Positions 43,233-46,087 of a stretch of DNA of 46,087 nucleotides are shown one piece after another. The notes under the pieces were generated by a model that saw only the letters and a list, made by a program, of their open reading frames with translations, was not told the origin of the DNA and did not search any database. The position numbers were made by a program, and so were the translations under genes. Origin of the DNA: an uncultured Halanaerobiales bacterium. GTDB lineage: Bacteria > Bacillota > Halanaerobiia > Halanaerobiales > M55B127. The stretch lies in NCBI GenBank assembly GCA_964642575.1, contig CAZXRH010000003.1:1-46087 (forward strand), in the 5' to 3' direction. Within the stretch, counting starts at the first letter, position 1; the number at the start of each line of letters is the position of its first letter.

Positions 43233-43700
43233 TTACTTTTTAACAGGGTCACCACTTGTATACCTAACATCTTCAGAGTTAATTGATATATCAGCATTAC
43301 CAATAGTATTTACATCATTATAGAATATGACAGTTCCTCGTGGAGCTTCTAGGTTAATTTTTGCATTACCTAGGATTGCTTCTTCAAATTTGATGTGGAT
43401 ATCCCCTCTGTTACTAACAATATTTATTTTAACATTACCCGTAATCTTTTCCTGGAAAAGTATGAAAACATCGCCTCTATCAGAATTTAAATTAACTGAG
43501 GCATTCCCGCTAATTTCTTCTCTAAAAATTTTATATAAATCATTGCTTCCTGTTTTTTCCTCCTGAATATTTTGATTTCCTGTGATTTTATTTTCTTCCA
43601 CCTCTATATCTTCGGGTTTAAGATTACCGAATGTAAATTCTCCCCCGGTGGTACCAACCAAAAAGGCTAAAATTATTAATAGGACAAAGATCTTTTCCAT
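43233..43700 (-). CDS. Secreted hypothetical protein built of 23-residue beta-type repeats
   Basis: Signal/anchor MEKIFVLLIILAFLVGTTG. At least four tandem repeats (I-x-GN-x-x-I/V-N-L/I-x-S-x-RGD-I/V-x-I-x-F). Strong SD AAAGGAGGAAG. Confidence 0.65.
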   Translation of the reverse strand: MEKIFVLLIILAFLVGTTGGEFTFGNLKPEDIEVEENKITGNQNIQEEKTGSNDLYKIFREEISGNASVNLNSDRGDVFILFQEKITGNVKINIVSNRGDIHIKFEEAILGNAKINLEAPRGTVIFYNDVNTIGNADISINSEDVRYTSGDPVKK

Positions 43701-43916
43701 AATTTCTTCCTCCTTTTATTTTCATTTAATATTCTCTTCTTACGTAATCAATTCTAGAAGTATCATTATTAACCTTTAAATTTTAGACTTGAAAATTCAA
43801 ACTGGAATTTAAAATGAGATTGTTTTAAAAATCTTAGTATTAACGCCACAACTATCAGGTGCTAATATAATCTGATATCACTTATAGTTGGAATTTTAAA
43901 AAAAGAAAAAATATAG

Positions 43917-43945
43917 TTGACAATTATTTATAACAGTTATATAAT
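43917..43945 (+). promoter_or_regulatory. Consensus sigma-A promoter of the tetR-oxidoreductase operon
   Basis: TTGACA, 17 nt spacer, TATAAT. Confidence 0.7.
43929..43941. promoter_or_regulatory. Palindrome 1, candidate TetR operator inside the promoter spacer
   Basis: TATAAC-A-GTTATA perfect 6-1-6 palindrome overlapping the -10. Confidence 0.5.
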
Positions 43946-43954
43946 ATATGTTAG

Positions 43955-43968
43955 ATAACAAATGTTAT
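43955..43968. promoter_or_regulatory. Palindrome 2, candidate TetR operator in the leader
   Basis: ATAACA-AA-TGTTAT perfect 6-2-6 palindrome. It shares the ATAAC half-site with palindrome 1. Confidence 0.5.
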
Positions 43969-44007
43969 ATAATAATATTTCATAAATACTAAGAAAGGAG
44001 AGATTTC

Positions 44008-44586
44008 ATGCCACCTAAAAAGAAGTATTCAAGGCAACAAATTGTGGAAACCGCTTTTAAATTGGCTAAGAGAAATGGTTTAGAGAGCCTTACAGCAAGG
44101 AAAGTAGCTGATAAACTAGGTAGTTCAGTAGCACCCATATATGTAAGTTTTGAAGACATCAAAGATTTAAAAAAGGCTGTAGCACAAAAGGCATTTAATA
44201 TTAGCCGTGAGATGTCTAAAGAAGAAGTTACAGGAGATAGATTTTTGGATATAGGTATAGCAAGTTTGCGTTTTGCTAAAGAATACAGTAAATTATTTCA
44301 GGAATTAGTATTAAAAAAGAATGAATACATAAAAGATTATGACCAAGAACTGGGAGATGGGATTATAGAGGAGATGAGTGATGATCCCCAATTAAGTGAT
44401 TTTACTGAAAAAGAATTAAGAATGCTCTTATTAAAGATGAGAGTTTTTCAACTAGGTCTTTCTGTTATGGTTGCTAATGATTTGCTTCCGGAAGATTTTG
44501 ATGAAGAGGCACAGATAGAACTTTTAGAAAGTATGGGAACAGATGTTATTACTTCGACTAGTGTTAATAAAGAAAAAGGATCGTAG
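44008..44586 (+). CDS. TetR/AcrR family transcriptional regulator
   Basis: HTH LTARKVADKLGSSVAPIYVSF. SD AAAGGAGAG. Confidence 0.85.
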   Translation: MPPKKKYSRQQIVETAFKLAKRNGLESLTARKVADKLGSSVAPIYVSFEDIKDLKKAVAQKAFNISREMSKEEVTGDRFLDIGIASLRFAKEYSKLFQELVLKKNEYIKDYDQELGDGIIEEMSDDPQLSDFTEKELRMLLLKMRVFQLGLSVMVANDLLPEDFDEEAQIELLESMGTDVITSTSVNKEKGS

Positions 44587-44629
44587 TTACAACTTAATAA
44601 ATATAAGGTAAATATCAAAGGAGGTACAT

Positions 44630-46087
44630 ATGAAAAAGATAGTGATTATAGGTGGAGGTATTGCAGGTTTAACAGCAGGAATATTTGCTCAAAAAAATGG
44701 TTTTGATAGTCTTATTCTTGAAAAACACCATACTTTAGGTGGAGAGTGTACAGGTTGGGATCGTCAGGGCTATCATATAGATGGATGCATACACTGGCTA
44801 GTAGGTACAAAAGAAGGAACTCCGATTAGAGAACTCTGGGAAACTGTAGGAGCTTTAGATGATGTAGATATTTATGAACCAGAAAGCTTTATGGCTGTAG
44901 AACATGAGGGGGTTACAGTACATTTTTATCGGGATTTAGAGAAACTAAAATATAGTTGGCTTAAGATATCCCCTGAAGATAAAGATATAATCGAAGAATT
45001 TTGTAAAGACATTAAAAAATTACATACATTTTCTGTTCCGGTAGGAAAACCATTAGATATGATGAATATTTTTGAAAAAATTAAGTATATGTTTTCTATG
45101 AAAGATATTGGACCGGTTATGAATAAGTATAGTAAAATTAGTGTACAAGATTTTGCTAAAAAGTTTAAACACCCCGCACTAAGAACTGCTATTTCTTCTT
45201 TCCTACCAGAAGGAGATTATAGTGCGGTTTCAGTCATTTTCCCTCTTGGAACATTTACAGGAGGACAGTCTTCTATTCCAATAGGAGGTTCTAAGGCACT
45301 AGCTATGCGAATGGTAGAAAGATACTTATCATTAGGAGGTAAAGTAGAGACTTCCAGTGAAGTAGTAGGAGTTGATATTGAGGGGAAAACAGTCAAGAAA
45401 ATAAAGTGTAATAATGGCAAATCCTATGAAGCAGATTATTTTATTGCAGCAACTGATGCTAATGTATTATATGAGAAGTTACTTGAAGGTAAATATCCTG
45501 ATAAAAAATTCCAAAAGAGGTTTGATAATCCTAAAGATTATCCATTAGCTTCAAATATCTATATAGGAATTGGTTATGAGGGTAAAATGGATCATATACC
45601 GCGTACTCTTAGATTCCCTGTAGAGTCACTGGATATTAAACAAAATAATAAACCAATAAAACATCTGCAAATGACACATTATGGATATGAACCTGGTTTT
45701 GCCCCAGAAGGACACACTGCAATTACCTTTGCCATAAATCAATTTGAACCTGAGTTGGATTGGTGGGAAGAAATTGTAAAAGACAAAGAGACTTACAATA
45801 AGGAGAAAAAGCGTATTGGTATGAGTGTTATAAATGCTTTAGGAGAACATTTTCCAGAGATGGAAGGTAAGCTGAAACTACTTGATGTTGCATCTCCCCA
45901 GACATATGAGAGGTATTGTAATGCTTATCGCGGAGCTTTTATGGGTTTTTGGCCAACATTACAGGGAAAAGAAATGCAACATAACGGTAATATTAAGGGC
46001 CTAAATAATATTTTCCTTAGTGGACAATGGCTCCAACCTCCAGGAGGCCTTCCTACAGCTTTAGTTACAGGTAAAGATACAATAATG
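44630..46087 (+). CDS. NAD(P)/FAD-dependent oxidoreductase, phytoene desaturase (CrtI)-like family, 3' end outside the window
   Basis: Not in the ORF track because it has no stop. I translated 486 codons by hand and the frame stays open to the window edge. N-terminal dinucleotide fold MKKIVIIGGGIAGLTAG ... LEKHHTLGG. C-terminal SGQWLQPPGGLPTALVTG is typical of the family. SD AAAGGAGG. Confidence 0.8.
   Translation, partial: MKKIVIIGGGIAGLTAGIFAQKNGFDSLILEKHHTLGGECTGWDRQGYHIDGCIHWLVGTKEGTPIRELWETVGALDDVDIYEPESFMAVEHEGVTVHFYRDLEKLKYSWLKISPEDKDIIEEFCKDIKKLHTFSVPVGKPLDMMNIFEKIKYMFSMKDIGPVMNKYSKISVQDFAKKFKHPALRTAISSFLPEGDYSAVSVIFPLGTFTGGQSSIPIGGSKALAMRMVERYLSLGGKVETSSEVVGVDIEGKTVKKIKCNNGKSYEADYFIAATDANVLYEKLLEGKYPDKKFQKRFDNPKDYPLASNIYIGIGYEGKMDHIPRTLRFPVESLDIKQNNKPIKHLQMTHYGYEPGFAPEGHTAITFAINQFEPELDWWEEIVKDKETYNKEKKRIGMSVINALGEHFPEMEGKLKLLDVASPQTYERYCNAYRGAFMGFWPTLQGKEMQHNGNIKGLNNIFLSGQWLQPPGGLPTALVTGKDTIM

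Noticed and set aside
43251-43520. RGD tripeptides in the repeat protein read as integrin-binding motifs
   Set aside because: The organism appears to be a free-living anaerobe, and RGD sits at a fixed position of a structural repeat. A eukaryotic adhesion role is unsupported.
43327-45420. ORFs 43327..43566 (+), 43582..43779 (+) and 45217..45420 (-)
   Set aside because: They are antisense to the repeat-protein gene and to the CrtI-like oxidoreductase gene.
1-46087. Scan for CRISPR arrays, tRNA/rRNA genes, IS elements, integrases, prophage genes, toxin-antitoxin pairs and restriction-modification genes
   Set aside because: I saw no regularly spaced direct repeats, no cloverleaf-capable GC-rich segments in the intergenic regions, and no transposase-, recombinase- or phage-like ORFs. 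Every intergenic region longer than 150 nt is AT-rich promoter or leader DNA between divergent or consecutive operons.

Overview
The window is an AT-rich, Firmicutes-style chromosomal segment. It has strong GGAGG-type ribosome-binding sites, frequent TTG/GTG starts, tight or overlapping operon junctions, and many clear rho-independent terminators. The very acidic secreted and cytosolic proteins suggest a salt-in halophilic anaerobe such as Halanaerobiales; this is inference only.

Content is almost entirely transport, metal homeostasis, detoxification and regulators:
- liv-type ABC transporter tail, followed by an atypical KAS III-like gene and an acetamidase/formamidase
- MFS transporter
- opp/dpp-type peptide ABC operon with no ATPase genes
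- two beta-lactamase-fold serine hydrolases, a methyltransferase and a nitroreductase
- MalT-like LuxR STAND regulator followed by three small, secreted or hydrolase genes
- glutaminyl cyclotransferase
- zupT, with a palindromic operator and no canonical start codon for its first transmembrane helix
- two paralogous copies of a two-gene flavodoxin-fold cassette, each near a TetR regulator
- orphan arsC
- csp plus DEAD-box helicase cold-shock pair
- MarR-MATE pair and a cupin
- phnDCEE plus a HAD nucleotidase
- Fur-boxed feoAB plus an unlisted Cys-rich mini-ORF
- secreted 23-aa-repeat protein
- TetR plus a CrtI-like FAD oxidoreductase that runs off the 3' edge

I found no rRNA, tRNA, CRISPR array, transposase, integrase, phage genes or recognisable defence system.

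I cannot point to a compelling novel multi-gene system. The best candidates for follow-up are:
- the duplicated complementary flavoprotein cassette, one copy linked to a membrane-anchored FMN_bind protein
- the LuxR-STAND, 73-aa protein, secreted protein and hydrolase cluster
- the His-to-Thr KAS III-like enzyme inside the liv operon
- the start-codon-less 5' end of zupT

All functional calls come from motif recognition by eye, not from database searches.
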